The notes under the pieces are model-generated. The model did no database searches and was not told where the DNA came from. It was given only the letters and a program-made list of their open reading frames with translations. The position numbers were made by a program, and so were the translations under genes. 29,570 nucleotides of DNA from an uncultured bacterium (GTDB taxonomy: Bacteria > JAJVIF01 > JAPKYR01), in NCBI GenBank assembly GCA_965369865.1, contig CBDURU010000034.1, positions 1 to 29,570 of the forward strand, written 5' to 3'. Shown in pieces: positions 9,299 through 18,841 of this stretch (position 1 is its first letter; each line of letters opens with the position of its first letter).

Positions 9299-10172
9299 TG
9301 AATCGAATTACAACCGAAACCGCGGTAGCGCTGGCCTGGTTCCCTTCGAGTGGAATCAGGTTCTGAATAGCAAGGGCTTCGGTGCGAGCGAACGGGAGGT
9401 TCCCATTGAGATAATTTACAAAAGATCGAAATGCCCTGAGGTCGGTTTCAGAAATAACGTCATGTGTTGGAGCGGATGAATAGACCCCCGGGCTGTCGAT
9501 CGCTGCATTGATTGCCAGGACCGACTGGTTGAAATGAAAGATCCCGTCGGATCTCATACGGCTGAGTTCGGCGGCGGACAAGCCCGCCCAGGCATCGACA
9601 TTTCCGTTCCAGCCGCTTAATGCTTCCTCAAAATGAGCAGCCGATTGAACAGGGTCGTTAAGTCCCCTGCCCCTCGTCCATCCAAGGCCGTTGTATGCGC
9701 TCGTACTGCCTATATCAGCCTGCCCGGACCGGACCTTATCCAGGTACTCAAGAAAAAGGCTTTCCGCGGCTGAAAAATTTCCAGCGTTGTAATTTGACCA
9801 TGCGCTGTCGAGGGCCTGATCGGAAATACTGAAAAAACCGACGTCAAGCCTGTTGCCGCTGGTAAGCTGGACTGTACGTTTCCCTTCGAGTTTTATCCCG
9901 GCGGCTCCATTGAACCACGATCCGGTGAGAATATAATTACCCGGTGCAGCGGACAGGAGGAATTTACCATTCTCGTTCGGAGAACCTATAACATCGCTTC
10001 CCTCAAGAGTCAAAATGGCGCTGGGACTTGTAATCACGGCACCGAAACCATCGGTCAGGATTCCAGTGACACTTGCTAAAGAAGAACCCCCACCGCCACC
10101 ACAACCGGCAATAGGGGATAGCATAATCAGCAAAGTTATAAATACGAAATAAGTTCGTTTCAAAATAATCAC
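9291..10172 (-). CDS. Hypothetical lipoprotein with a beta-sandwich-like domain and TPR-like helices
   Basis: IAGC-GGGGG lipobox. Helical repeats AWSNYNAGNFSAAESLF, AYNGLGW and DAWAGL. Overlaps both neighbours. Confidence 0.7.
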   Translation of the reverse strand: MIILKRTYFVFITLLIMLSPIAGCGGGGGSSLASVTGILTDGFGAVITSPSAILTLEGSDVIGSPNENGKFLLSAAPGNYILTGSWFNGAAGIKLEGKRTVQLTSGNRLDVGFFSISDQALDSAWSNYNAGNFSAAESLFLEYLDKVRSGQADIGSTSAYNGLGWTRGRGLNDPVQSAAHFEEALSGWNGNVDAWAGLSAAELSRMRSDGIFHFNQSVLAINAAIDSPGVYSSAPTHDVISETDLRAFRSFVNYLNGNLPFARTEALAIQNLIPLEGNQASATAVSVVIRFSE

Positions 10173-11359
10173 TCGACAACCGTTGTAGTGTACCAGCGTA
10201 ATTCCTGAATTCGCTGGACAAGTTCCTGCCGTTGATCGATAACATTACCGAGCGGAGTGTAGAGATCGCTCCTCTCGAAATTCAGCATGGCATAGAAACC
10301 GGGTGTAGGGACGCCCCAGGTCATGTAGTTACCACGGAAATATGGGTCTCCATCGACAAACCCGGTACTGCCGCCCCTGGCAGCTGACCCATCAGCCAGG
10401 GCAATAAGGATACCCCGATCGAGATCGATATATGCTCGTCCCTGAATGACTATATCTCCTTCGATATTTGATTCTTTACGCACCGACTGCAGAATTCCGT
10501 TTTCGTCCTCGAGCATTCCCTCGTCCATGATATCGACATCAAACTGGAGGATTCCAAAGAAATCGATTGCCGCCATCCTGAACCTGTACGTGGTCCGAAT
10601 ATCGGCAAGTGTGAATGTCAAGGGGATTTCCATGGTTTCACCGACATAGGGAATTGTCCAGCTCATTGGGGCTCGCCAGCTTTCGTTGAGATGGACCTCG
10701 TAGTCGGGAAGTACTATGAAGTGAACGGTCTGGAAAAGCTGCCTGACTGTGATTGATCTTGAAGGATCGATTATTTCACCCACGAGCTCGAGTCCGGAGA
10801 TATTCAACATCCTCCCGGATTCGCTCATGACATAGTTAATGTTCGATTCCATGATCGGGGTTACCTTGAAATCACCCTCACCTACCAGGTCACCGCTACC
10901 GCCACCGGGATCATCACCACCGCCAGCGGACTGTCTTGGTAATGCGGGTGGAATCAGTCGATTACTGGGAATACCATCAGGCCCAAGTTCAACAGGGTCG
11001 GTTCCATAGTCCGGGGGAGCCCAGGGACCGCCTGTTGGATCCTCATACTCGTAGTCAAAGCTTAAATCCAGGGACTCGTACGTGTTGAACCTTGTATGAA
11101 TATTAACGAGACCGCTACCCGACGATGTGATCTCCTCATCATAAATAGTCCAGATCACACCCCCGATGCTGGTTCTGCTTCCGGCTTCAATTTCCATACC
11201 TGAAAGAGAGATAAGAGTCTGGTAATGCCACAAGGTCCCCGCCATCGGGTCGAACCTGAGCGTAGCATCAAAGTACTGCCTGGATTGTACGTCCTTGGGG
11301 CTGAACATAAGTAGCGATAAAAGAAACAGAGCTGTCAGCCAAATGCGATACCGTGCCAT
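10169..11359 (-). CDS. Hypothetical secreted protein
   Basis: 396 aa with a signal peptide, GGAGG SD, an internal Pro/Gly/Asp-rich linker and a GTGA overlap with the next gene. Confidence 0.75.
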   Translation of the reverse strand: MARYRIWLTALFLLSLLMFSPKDVQSRQYFDATLRFDPMAGTLWHYQTLISLSGMEIEAGSRTSIGGVIWTIYDEEITSSGSGLVNIHTRFNTYESLDLSFDYEYEDPTGGPWAPPDYGTDPVELGPDGIPSNRLIPPALPRQSAGGGDDPGGGSGDLVGEGDFKVTPIMESNINYVMSESGRMLNISGLELVGEIIDPSRSITVRQLFQTVHFIVLPDYEVHLNESWRAPMSWTIPYVGETMEIPLTFTLADIRTTYRFRMAAIDFFGILQFDVDIMDEGMLEDENGILQSVRKESNIEGDIVIQGRAYIDLDRGILIALADGSAARGGSTGFVDGDPYFRGNYMTWGVPTPGFYAMLNFERSDLYTPLGNVIDQRQELVQRIQELRWYTTTVVE

Positions 11360-11459
11360 CGAAATCCTCCGAAGACAATTTGATTAATATCAATTTTTAT
11401 TGTTATAAAACTTACTCACAATTCTAAACATGCAATTCTACCGAAACTCGACGCCCTGG

Positions 11460-11867
11460 TCAAACTTCGACTTCCCCCGGCCACCATGGAAAATCAGCCC
11501 AAAGTGCCTCAAGGTTGTAATAATCCCTGGTTTCAGGGCGAAAAAGATGTATAACCACGTCCCAGAAATCGATAAGCATCCAGCTTGAATCATCTTCACC
11601 CTCGACACCATGTAATTTCAATCCCTCATTTAAAAGGACTTCCGAGATTCCATGCTTCGCTACCCTTGCCTGTGCGCCGGACATCACGGTGCCGATGATT
11701 ACAAAATCGCAGAAGGGTGTAAAACTCCTGAGATCGTATATCCGGATTTCCTCAACTTTTTTATCTTTAAGAGCCTCTACACCCTTGCGAACTTCCCCGG
11801 GGATTCTTTCCCAGTCAAGATTAGTCCGGTATGCGCTTCGGCTCTTTTTTTCTGCAGTTTTACCCAT
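11460..11867 (-). CDS. rsfS: Ribosomal silencing factor RsfS (Iojap)
   Basis: DKK.EEI..YDL, CDFVII, EG...SSWMLIDF.DVVIHLF...RDYYNLEALW. Confidence 0.95.
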   Translation of the reverse strand: MGKTAEKKSRSAYRTNLDWERIPGEVRKGVEALKDKKVEEIRIYDLRSFTPFCDFVIIGTVMSGAQARVAKHGISEVLLNEGLKLHGVEGEDDSSWMLIDFWDVVIHLFRPETRDYYNLEALWADFPWWPGEVEV

Positions 11868-12971
11868 TTATTCCTCTACAGGTTCGTCACCACCATCGGT
11901 TATTTCCTCTTCCGGCTCCAATGGTACCACGGGAAGAGGGGTTCCTTCGACTGTTTTCCACGCTAATTCCTCATCATCGGCGAATAATTCAATGAGTATT
12001 TCCCGGGTTTGTGAATAAATCGGCCGTAAACAGGCCAGACCTTCCCAGACGAGATCGAGTGTCGGCACCTGGTAAAACTCGATATCGTCTTCATCGAGTT
12101 GTTTTATGTAACCCTGGATCAGGCTCACTATGTGCTGAAGTTCGATCTCGGGGGGTTCTCTCGGGCTTTCTTCATTTACACCGACATTGATATTCTCAAA
12201 CACAGCACGCGAAACATTATCGATTCTCGTAATGTATCCAAGGTGCAATTTCTGCTGGAATAATTCCCTGATTAAATTCTGCTGGCGTTCGATCCGTCCG
12301 AAATCCCCCTGCGCATCATGCCTGTACCTTGCGTAATCCAAAGCGGTTTCACCATCGAAATGATGATCTCCGGCCTCAATATGAATGTGAACGTCACCAC
12401 GGCGGTCGTCATAATTCATATCGTGTTCGACCGTTATGTCCACGCCGCCCAGCGCATCGACTATTTCTACAAATCCCTGGTAATTCACAGAAATAACGTA
12501 ATCGATATCGACACCGGTGAAGTCCTCTATCGTTCGACGGACCAGATCGTCTCCTCCAAGCGCGTAAGCTGAATTCACCTTCATGAAACTGCGGCCTGGG
12601 ATAGGTAGAAGCGTGTCGCGGGGGATCGAGATAATTTTTAATTTTTTCGCGTAAAAATCAACCGTTCCGACCATCAGGGTGTCCGACCTGTGGGCGAACT
12701 CATCTACTTCATCATAGCCAAGAAGAATGAACGTAAATTTATCGGAGCCAAAGACCTCCCATGGCGGGGTCCAGGTAACCCTGGGAGCACCAATGCCGGG
12801 ATGGTTCGTTGGTGGGGGTTCATATTGACCAATTAAATAGATCGAAGCAATGATACAGGTAACCAGCACACTAAGAAAAAAGCTGATTATTGTCCAGACA
12901 ATGAGGAATCGTTGATCCTGTAGAGTACGGATCTTGAAAAAAGCGAATTGCTGTGGATTTTTATCGGTCAC
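11868..12971 (-). CDS. LytR-CpsA-Psr (LCP) family cell-wall glycopolymer transferase
   Basis: N-terminal TM helix, then LLGYD, RSDT, SIPRDT, KVNSAY, VDALGGV, ARYRH and GDFGRIERQQ. Confidence 0.93.
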   Translation of the reverse strand: MTDKNPQQFAFFKIRTLQDQRFLIVWTIISFFLSVLVTCIIASIYLIGQYEPPPTNHPGIGAPRVTWTPPWEVFGSDKFTFILLGYDEVDEFAHRSDTLMVGTVDFYAKKLKIISIPRDTLLPIPGRSFMKVNSAYALGGDDLVRRTIEDFTGVDIDYVISVNYQGFVEIVDALGGVDITVEHDMNYDDRRGDVHIHIEAGDHHFDGETALDYARYRHDAQGDFGRIERQQNLIRELFQQKLHLGYITRIDNVSRAVFENINVGVNEESPREPPEIELQHIVSLIQGYIKQLDEDDIEFYQVPTLDLVWEGLACLRPIYSQTREILIELFADDEELAWKTVEGTPLPVVPLEPEEEITDGGDEPVEE

Positions 12972-12988
12972 TTATTATCCCAACCGGC

Positions 12989-13600
12989 TCACAACTCAAG
13001 CCCGTTCCTGTCGGCTAGTGCTGAAATCGCTTCGTTGTAAGCCTCAACGGAATTATAATACAAGGGAAATTGCCGGGCAACGACCATACTTATCACCCTC
13101 GCTATCACCCCTGGAAAAGCCTCGACTATATCCTTCTTAGCGATCTCCCTTAATTCATCGATCCCGGAAAAGTTCCGGCTCGATTCGATTTTATCCGATA
13201 CGTAAATCAGCTTGTCAAGGACAGTCATATCCTTTTCACCGGTAGTATGTTTCCGTATCGCTGACAGGACGGCTTCATCCGATATCCCGAATTTCTCTAC
13301 CGCTATTATTTCAGACACGTAACCGTGCAAAAGGATCGGATGTGAGTACCCAAAACTATCGGGATCGATCCCTCTCGACTCCAGTTCATGCACTAATTCA
13401 TCCTTTGTATAAAGTCTCGCCAGATCGTGGCACAGCGCCGCAAGTGCGACCTGCTCGTCTGTATAACCGAGGCCCTGATTCCTGTTAATTTCGAGGGCGA
13501 AATTACTTGTCCCGACCAAATGCTCTTCCATCGTGGGAATTTCAGCCCTGATATGGTCAAGCACTTTGAGTACGAGAACTGAGTCAACCTGCCGGGTCAA
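12989..13600 (-). CDS. yqeK: YqeK-like HD-domain symmetrical Ap4A hydrolase
   Basis: H.V, LCHDLAR, LHG, HTTG and YVSDKIE motifs. Directly downstream of nadD, overlapping it. Confidence 0.88.
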   Translation of the reverse strand: MTRQVDSVLVLKVLDHIRAEIPTMEEHLVGTSNFALEINRNQGLGYTDEQVALAALCHDLARLYTKDELVHELESRGIDPDSFGYSHPILLHGYVSEIIAVEKFGISDEAVLSAIRKHTTGEKDMTVLDKLIYVSDKIESSRNFSGIDELREIAKKDIVEAFPGVIARVISMVVARQFPLYYNSVEAYNEAISALADRNGLEL

Positions 13601-14262
13601 AGCGGTTCACCCTTCGTACCATACAGACCGTATTTTCTTATATAACGTTCAACGTCGGGGTAAAGGGAATTTGACGGGATAAATCCATCCATGAAAGATT
13701 CCCGGATGCTGGTGGACGATGCAGGGTTATCGACCAGGGACAGAAATTCGATCAGATCGGCGACCTCAGGGCACTTCCGGCTGACAAGAGCCACATCGGT
13801 TTCCATTTTCTTCTCATATTCAGGTCTGGAAACTACAGCGATACGGTCGAGATATTTTGGAAATTCATCAATCCTGGCCCATTTATGGAAAGTGACATTA
13901 TCGGAACCGGTTATCAGCACCAACGGAGTGCCGGGGTACTCAGCCTTGAAATGCTGGAGGGTTTCGATCGTGTAACTGACCTCCGCGTGCTCCCGACCGC
14001 GATCGATCTCGATTGAATCCACCCACAGCCACTGTTCATCCAGCGTTGCCAGATGAGCCATCACGAGACGGTCATCGATCCCCGCGGAAATTTCCTGTTC
14101 TAACCTTAACGGATTGATATAAACGGGTACAATAAATACAATGCTTAAATTATAGTGGTCTTTCACGGCACGGGCGACCTGGGTATGTCCAAGGTGAATC
14201 GGGTCGAAAGTTCCGCCGAGGATTCCAATACCACCGGTTAAATCACGATCTTTATTACTCAC
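13597..14262 (-). CDS. nadD: Nicotinate-nucleotide adenylyltransferase
   Basis: GGTFDPIHLGH, SYTIETL, TGSD, W..I and SSTSIR. Likely GTG start at 14262 overlapping the obgE stop; the ORF is open to 14298. Confidence 0.93.
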   Translation of the reverse strand: MSNKDRDLTGGIGILGGTFDPIHLGHTQVARAVKDHYNLSIVFIVPVYINPLRLEQEISAGIDDRLVMAHLATLDEQWLWVDSIEIDRGREHAEVSYTIETLQHFKAEYPGTPLVLITGSDNVTFHKWARIDEFPKYLDRIAVVSRPEYEKKMETDVALVSRKCPEVADLIEFLSLVDNPASSTSIRESFMDGFIPSNSLYPDVERYIRKYGLYGTKGEPL

Positions 14263-15406
14263 TTTCTTCCTCTTCAAGTGTCTCCATCGACAATTCACCT
14301 AACGATAACTGATCGGGTGGTTCCCCGTCGACATACTGGGCGATTTTTTCCACATCCGAACCGGCGCCGTGCAGGTCGAGGTCGAGCATTTTCGATAACT
14401 CCCCTAAAAGCCTGCCGGTACCATCACCCCTTATCGATGAAATTATCACAACAGGTTCGGGGCAACCGGTTTCAGAGATAAATTTGTTGAGATAATTAAA
14501 ATGGAATTCTGCAAGTTCATCAGTCGGCAGAATATCACATTTTGTCCATGTAACGATTTCTTTTTTTAAAGTAAGTTCCAGATCGTATGCCTCCAGTTCT
14601 TTCCTTATGGTCCTGTAGGCATCGACCATTATCTTAAATCGCTCATCATGATCGTTAACGTATAACGGAATTTCGACAAGATGACAGATCACGCTGGTCC
14701 TTTTTATATGGCGTAAAAATTGGTGCCCGAGGCCCTTGCCCTCGTGGGCCATCTCAATCAGTCCCGGAATATCAGCCATAGTGAAGCTCGCGAAATCACC
14801 GAGCCGGACAACACCCACCGACGGCCTGAGAGTTGTGAAATGGTATTCGGCTACTTTTGGCTTTACTGTTGAAACCGCCCCAATCAGCGTGCTTTTCCCC
14901 ACCGACGGGAGACCGACAACGCCTACATCCGCTAATAACCTTAATTCGAGGGCTAACTTCCTTTCCTCACCCGGCCCACCCTTTTCGGATTTTCTTGGAG
15001 CGCGGTCGGTCGAGGTGGCGAAACTCGCATTCCCGCGGCCACCCTTACCGCCTTCCACAACCATAATTTTCTGTTTCGGTTTCGTGAGATCGCCAATAAC
15101 CAGGCCGGTCTCGCGATCTTTTATGATAGTTCCGATCGGAACTTTCACCACCAGGTTCTTTGCGCCTCTTCCATGACGATTTTTTCCCTCACCGGGCTTG
15201 CCATTTTTCGCGACAAGGATTCTTCTGCCGCGAAAATCAACGAGCGTACGCATTCCGGGGTGAGCCTGGAATACGATACTCCCGCCGCGACCGCCGTTTC
15301 CTCCAGAGGGTCCACCCATCGGGCGGAACTTCTCGCGAAGAAAAGCCATGCAGCCGTCGCCGCCTCGTCCGGCCCTGACAGTTATGTCGACTTCATCTAC
15401 GAACAT
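14255..15406 (-). CDS. obgE: GTPase ObgE/CgtA
   Basis: MFVDEV..AGRGGDG Gly-rich Obg domain, GLPSVGKST, YHFTT, DIPG, GLGHQFLRH and TKCD. Confidence 0.98.
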   Translation of the reverse strand: MFVDEVDITVRAGRGGDGCMAFLREKFRPMGGPSGGNGGRGGSIVFQAHPGMRTLVDFRGRRILVAKNGKPGEGKNRHGRGAKNLVVKVPIGTIIKDRETGLVIGDLTKPKQKIMVVEGGKGGRGNASFATSTDRAPRKSEKGGPGEERKLALELRLLADVGVVGLPSVGKSTLIGAVSTVKPKVAEYHFTTLRPSVGVVRLGDFASFTMADIPGLIEMAHEGKGLGHQFLRHIKRTSVICHLVEIPLYVNDHDERFKIMVDAYRTIRKELEAYDLELTLKKEIVTWTKCDILPTDELAEFHFNYLNKFISETGCPEPVVIISSIRGDGTGRLLGELSKMLDLDLHGAGSDVEKIAQYVDGEPPDQLSLGELSMETLEEEESE

Positions 15407-15476
15407 CGGGAATCATTTAACCATAAAACAGGGATAAGTCTCAAAGGAGCTGGATTCTACGGTGTAATCAGGAAGG

Positions 15477-15505
15477 TTTAAGTATTCTGGTTGAAGTGGT
15501 AGAAT
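15477..15505 (+). promoter_or_regulatory. Putative sigma70 promoter for the inserted two-gene module
   Basis: TTTAAG (15477-82), 17 nt, TAGAAT (15500-05), with an extended -10 TG. Confidence 0.5.
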
Positions 15506-15562
15506 ATTAGTAAGGTAAATATGTTTAAGTAAAAATTCTAAGCCTTAGACAAGGTGAAGCTA

Positions 15563-15952
15563 ATGTTAAATGATGGATTCAATAATGAGCAAACCGACAA
15601 TCCAATGATTGGAGCGATCTTCACCTTTAATGTTCCCAGCCATTTAAAAGACGCACCTGACTGGCCTGTAGAGATGAAGCTTCAAATTGATGGATGGTAT
15701 GCCACATACAAAAAAATTGACGGAAATTGCACAAAATCCGGTATTCCATATCTACATAGAATTCTTGAACATTCATGGGTTGAAGTTCCATACAAATTGC
15801 ATAAGTTTTTGGAGCATTTATGGTTTAAAGCATTTAATCAGGAAAGTAAGAGGGAAGAAATACAGGATGGATTTGATAAGTTAACTGATTGGCTTAAGAA
15901 GGTTAATTTTGAAAAACCGGAGGGTAAGGTGTGGGATGAGGTGGGAGTGTAG
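15563..15952 (+). CDS. Hypothetical protein (AT-rich insertion, gene 1)
   Basis: ORF of about 130 aa with AAGGTG SD before ATG 15563 (GTG 15554 is an alternative start). Its stop overlaps the next start (TAGTG). Confidence 0.7.
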   Translation: MLNDGFNNEQTDNPMIGAIFTFNVPSHLKDAPDWPVEMKLQIDGWYATYKKIDGNCTKSGIPYLHRILEHSWVEVPYKLHKFLEHLWFKAFNQESKREEIQDGFDKLTDWLKKVNFEKPEGKVWDEVGV

Positions 15953-16725
15953 TGGGTAATATTGGCTCAGAAAATGATTGGAAATATGGTGTCGTGACCT
16001 TCCTGGATATTCTTGGATGGAAAGGTATCTGGCAAAGAAAAATAAAGAAGCCGATGGATCTGCTTGATGAGATCATCGAATATTTTCTAATTGGGTTAGA
16101 ATATTGGAAAGCAGAATATGGGAGAAATATTGGTCGAACTGATATAGTAAATATTTCTGACACATTCGCAATTTTCAGTGAACTACAATCTCTGCCAATC
16201 ACTGGTTTGGAAGGTTTGCAAGGGAACCTAACGGTAGACAATAAGAGTGAAAAAGAGTCCATCGAATTACATGGCTTCTTATGCAAAATGGGACTTATAA
16301 GATCCATCGAACTTGGGATACCTCTACGAGGTGCTACAAGCATTGGAAAGTTCATCTTTAAAGACAATCGATTTGTAGGTGAAGCGGTTGATGAAGCTGC
16401 TGATTGGTACGAAGCTACGGACTGGATTGGAGTCCACATGACACCTACTGCATCCTTTCGATTCAGGGAGGCAACTTATTGGCTACCCTACACACCACCG
16501 TTTAATAAAGGCCCAAAGTGGGAAACTAATTGCTTAGATTGGATACAGGGATGGTATCCTGATGAAGCAGATATTAATAAAAGGAAACAAAAACTTAAAG
16601 ATGCTTTTATGGAGATGGGTCCTATCGGCCCTGATATAGTAGGAAAATTTACTAATACTTTAAAATTTTTTGATTATTGTACCCGTGATATATCTCAACC
16701 CGAGAAAGGAAAAAATTCAGATTAA
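15952..16725 (+). CDS. Divergent class III nucleotidyl cyclase-like protein
   Basis: VVTFLDILGW (D19), NISDTF (D70), LRGATSIG and FVGEAVDEA follow the order of adenylate/guanylate cyclase fold motifs. Confidence 0.7.
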   Translation: MGNIGSENDWKYGVVTFLDILGWKGIWQRKIKKPMDLLDEIIEYFLIGLEYWKAEYGRNIGRTDIVNISDTFAIFSELQSLPITGLEGLQGNLTVDNKSEKESIELHGFLCKMGLIRSIELGIPLRGATSIGKFIFKDNRFVGEAVDEAADWYEATDWIGVHMTPTASFRFREATYWLPYTPPFNKGPKWETNCLDWIQGWYPDEADINKRKQKLKDAFMEMGPIGPDIVGKFTNTLKFFDYCTRDISQPEKGKNSD

Positions 16726-16747
16726 TAACCTTCCCCACAATTTTCAC

Positions 16748-16778
16748 AAAAAAATCCCCGACTGTTTCCAGACGAGGT
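16748..16778 (-). terminator. Intrinsic terminator after rpmA
   Basis: Minus strand reads cctcgtctg-gaaa-cagtcgggg followed by a U7 tract. Confidence 0.7.
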
Positions 16779-16830
16779 CAAAAAAAGAGGTCAAATTCAG
16801 TAGATAGATAATACCACAGTTTCCCGGATA

Positions 16831-17085
16831 TTACGAATCAAATATGTGGGCCGTCTTGCCCATCGAGCCGCGATCCTTAAACCGCACAATGCCGTCGCGC
16901 TTCGCAAAAAGTGTGTAATCCTTGCCGACTCCGACTCCGTTTCCGGCCTTAATACGATAACCGCGCTGCCTCGCGATAATACTTCCCGCGGTTATTTCCT
17001 GTCCGTCCCCGGCTTTCAGGCCCAGCCTTTTGCCAACTGAGTCCCTTCCATTCGAACTTGATCCCTGTCCTTTTTTATGTGCCAT
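16831..17085 (-). CDS. rpmA: 50S ribosomal protein L27
   Basis: [28 protein letters not shown] and GKDYTLFA. Confidence 0.99.
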   Translation of the reverse strand: MAHKKGQGSSSNGRDSVGKRLGLKAGDGQEITAGSIIARQRGYRIKAGNGVGVGKDYTLFAKRDGIVRFKDRGSMGKTAHIFDS

Positions 17086-17142
17086 TGTTATTTACTCCTG
17101 TGTAAATAATATCACATGACGGTTGATATACATAAACCGTCC

Positions 17143-17712
17143 TCAATCTTCAGATTCTTCTACCTTCGGTTTTTTCTTAGTTATGGTCTTTTTAGTTGTA
17201 GTCTTTTTAGTAGTAGTTTTTTTAGTTGCGGCCTTTTTGGCTGCTGTTTTCTTGACGGTTTCTTTTTTCGTAGTTGTTTTTTTGGCGATTTTCTTTTTGG
17301 GTTTGGTTTCAGGAGCCGATTCCTTCTTTTCGGGTTCTTTCTTTGGCGCGGCTTTTTTCTTTTTCGCCTTTTTCTCAATTACACGCTCATCGCGCTTGCC
17401 GCCGCCCTCGATCAGTTCGACCTGCACCTGCGTCACATGCTGCCTGTGACCGCGAGTACGGAGGTAGCCCTTTTTTGCGCGGTATTTCTGAACTACGATC
17501 TTCTTGCGCTTGGTTTGATCCAGAACTGAAAAAGTGACTTTTCCATCCTCTATGTATGGCTTGCCAAGTACGACATCATCGCCATCCAGGATCATCAGCA
17601 CACGATCCGATGTATAGGATTCGCCTTTTTCTTTCGGAAGCTTATCCGCGAGGAAGATTGTCCCCGGCTCTACAAGATATTGCTTCCCTCCAATTTCAAC
17701 GACAGCTTTCAT
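17143..17712 (-). CDS. rplU: 50S ribosomal protein L21 with Lys/Thr-rich C-terminal extension
   Basis: MKAVVEIGGKQYLV, GKPY and GHRQ..T. About 85 extra residues with KKTTTKK-like repeats. Confidence 0.97.
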   Translation of the reverse strand: MKAVVEIGGKQYLVEPGTIFLADKLPKEKGESYTSDRVLMILDGDDVVLGKPYIEDGKVTFSVLDQTKRKKIVVQKYRAKKGYLRTRGHRQHVTQVQVELIEGGGKRDERVIEKKAKKKKAAPKKEPEKKESAPETKPKKKIAKKTTTKKETVKKTAAKKAATKKTTTKKTTTKKTITKKKPKVEESED

Positions 17713-17767
17713 ATTATTTATTCACTCACACAAAAATTGTGCGCCTCCAGATTTGGCGCAATAGGAA

Positions 17768-17796
17768 AGTCTACGAAAATGTTTAGTGTATGTCAA
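17768..17796 (-). promoter_or_regulatory. sigma70 promoter of rplU-rpmA
   Basis: TTGACA (17796-17791), 17 nt, TAGACT (17773-17768). A leader hairpin tgcgcc...ggcgca lies at 17740-17760. Confidence 0.8.
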
Positions 17797-17884
17797 CCTG
17801 ATTAATTCTATATTATTGGGAAAACTCCTGTTAGCCCTGACAATTACTTATCACGGGTGTTCCCAGTTGGGAAAGAAAATTCTA

Positions 17885-18829
17885 CTAATGCTCATCCAGG
17901 TCCGTTTCCTCCCAGCCATAATGTTTGGCAAAACTATAATTCCCAAAGAATGGTGTTCCATCCAGATTGTTTCGGGTGACAGGATCGTACCTGCTGCTGA
18001 CTTCCATCGATTCCGGCAGGCCGTCATTGGTCAGAAGCGCCCAGTTTATTACATAATTATCATCCATAATCTCCAGCAGGTCTGCCTCCTCCTGTGACAG
18101 AAGATTTCTCAATTCAAAGATATTACTGGTGAAAAAGCCATCACCCCGCCATGTCATAATTCCGTATTGTCGGTAACCCCAGGTGTTGAATTCATCGATC
18201 GCAGATAAACACATTGACAACCCATACACAAACACTGGCCCGACCGGATCAAGATCGGGGATCAGCCATAAACCTACGTCTCGTGGGATTTCCTCACTGA
18301 GAATGTTGATTCTCGGGTTGCCAGGTGATAATCGGAAGGTGGCGACGTCTGTGTTAACGTGGAACATGGAAGTGATTGTATAAAGCACCGGTTCATCGTC
18401 AAGGAGGAGCCAACAAATCGCACTTACACTGCCGGGACCAGGTGTGGTAAATTCCTGCATAAGCCGGGGTGGTTCTCCGGCCAACGGAGGTTCCCAGATT
18501 TGCAGAATAGCGTGGTCATTGAAGCAGTCTTCCGGATTGAAAGTAACATACCAATACTTTGCATATTCATCCGCGTCGAAAGCTATCTGGTCCGATGCGT
18601 ACCAGCACGATGTTTCCACAGGTCCAAATACCCATCCCTCCGGTACATAATCCGCGAGAGTTTGATAAATGTGTATGAGTTTACGGTGATTCCAGTCTGA
18701 TCCTATCACATCCGATTGATGGAAATGGGTTAAATACTGAACGTCAATTTCTGTGCTGTATGCTGGACCAGGTATGAGGTGGAAGGTTAGCAATATTGCT
18801 GAGAAAGTAATCGAATTCAATATTTTCAT
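17885..18829 (-). CDS. Hypothetical secreted protein
   Basis: AAGGAG 8 nt before ATG 18829, a signal-peptide-like N terminus and an ORF of about 314 aa. Confidence 0.7.
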   Translation of the reverse strand: MKILNSITFSAILLTFHLIPGPAYSTEIDVQYLTHFHQSDVIGSDWNHRKLIHIYQTLADYVPEGWVFGPVETSCWYASDQIAFDADEYAKYWYVTFNPEDCFNDHAILQIWEPPLAGEPPRLMQEFTTPGPGSVSAICWLLLDDEPVLYTITSMFHVNTDVATFRLSPGNPRINILSEEIPRDVGLWLIPDLDPVGPVFVYGLSMCLSAIDEFNTWGYRQYGIMTWRGDGFFTSNIFELRNLLSQEEADLLEIMDDNYVINWALLTNDGLPESMEVSSRYDPVTRNNLDGTPFFGNYSFAKHYGWEETDLDEH

Positions 18830-18841
18830 CGCCAAGGCTCC

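Noticed and set aside
15952..16725. Canonical Pycsar or CBASS system
   Set aside because: There is no TIR, TM or cNMP-binding effector and no CD-NTase motif, and the cyclase motifs are divergent.
15407..16830. IS element or target-site duplication around the insertion
   Set aside because: No transposase, terminal inverted repeats or flanking direct repeats could be seen by eye.
17116..17537. Hydrophobic plus-strand ORFs (108-137 aa)
   Set aside because: These are antisense shadows of the Lys-rich L21 tail.
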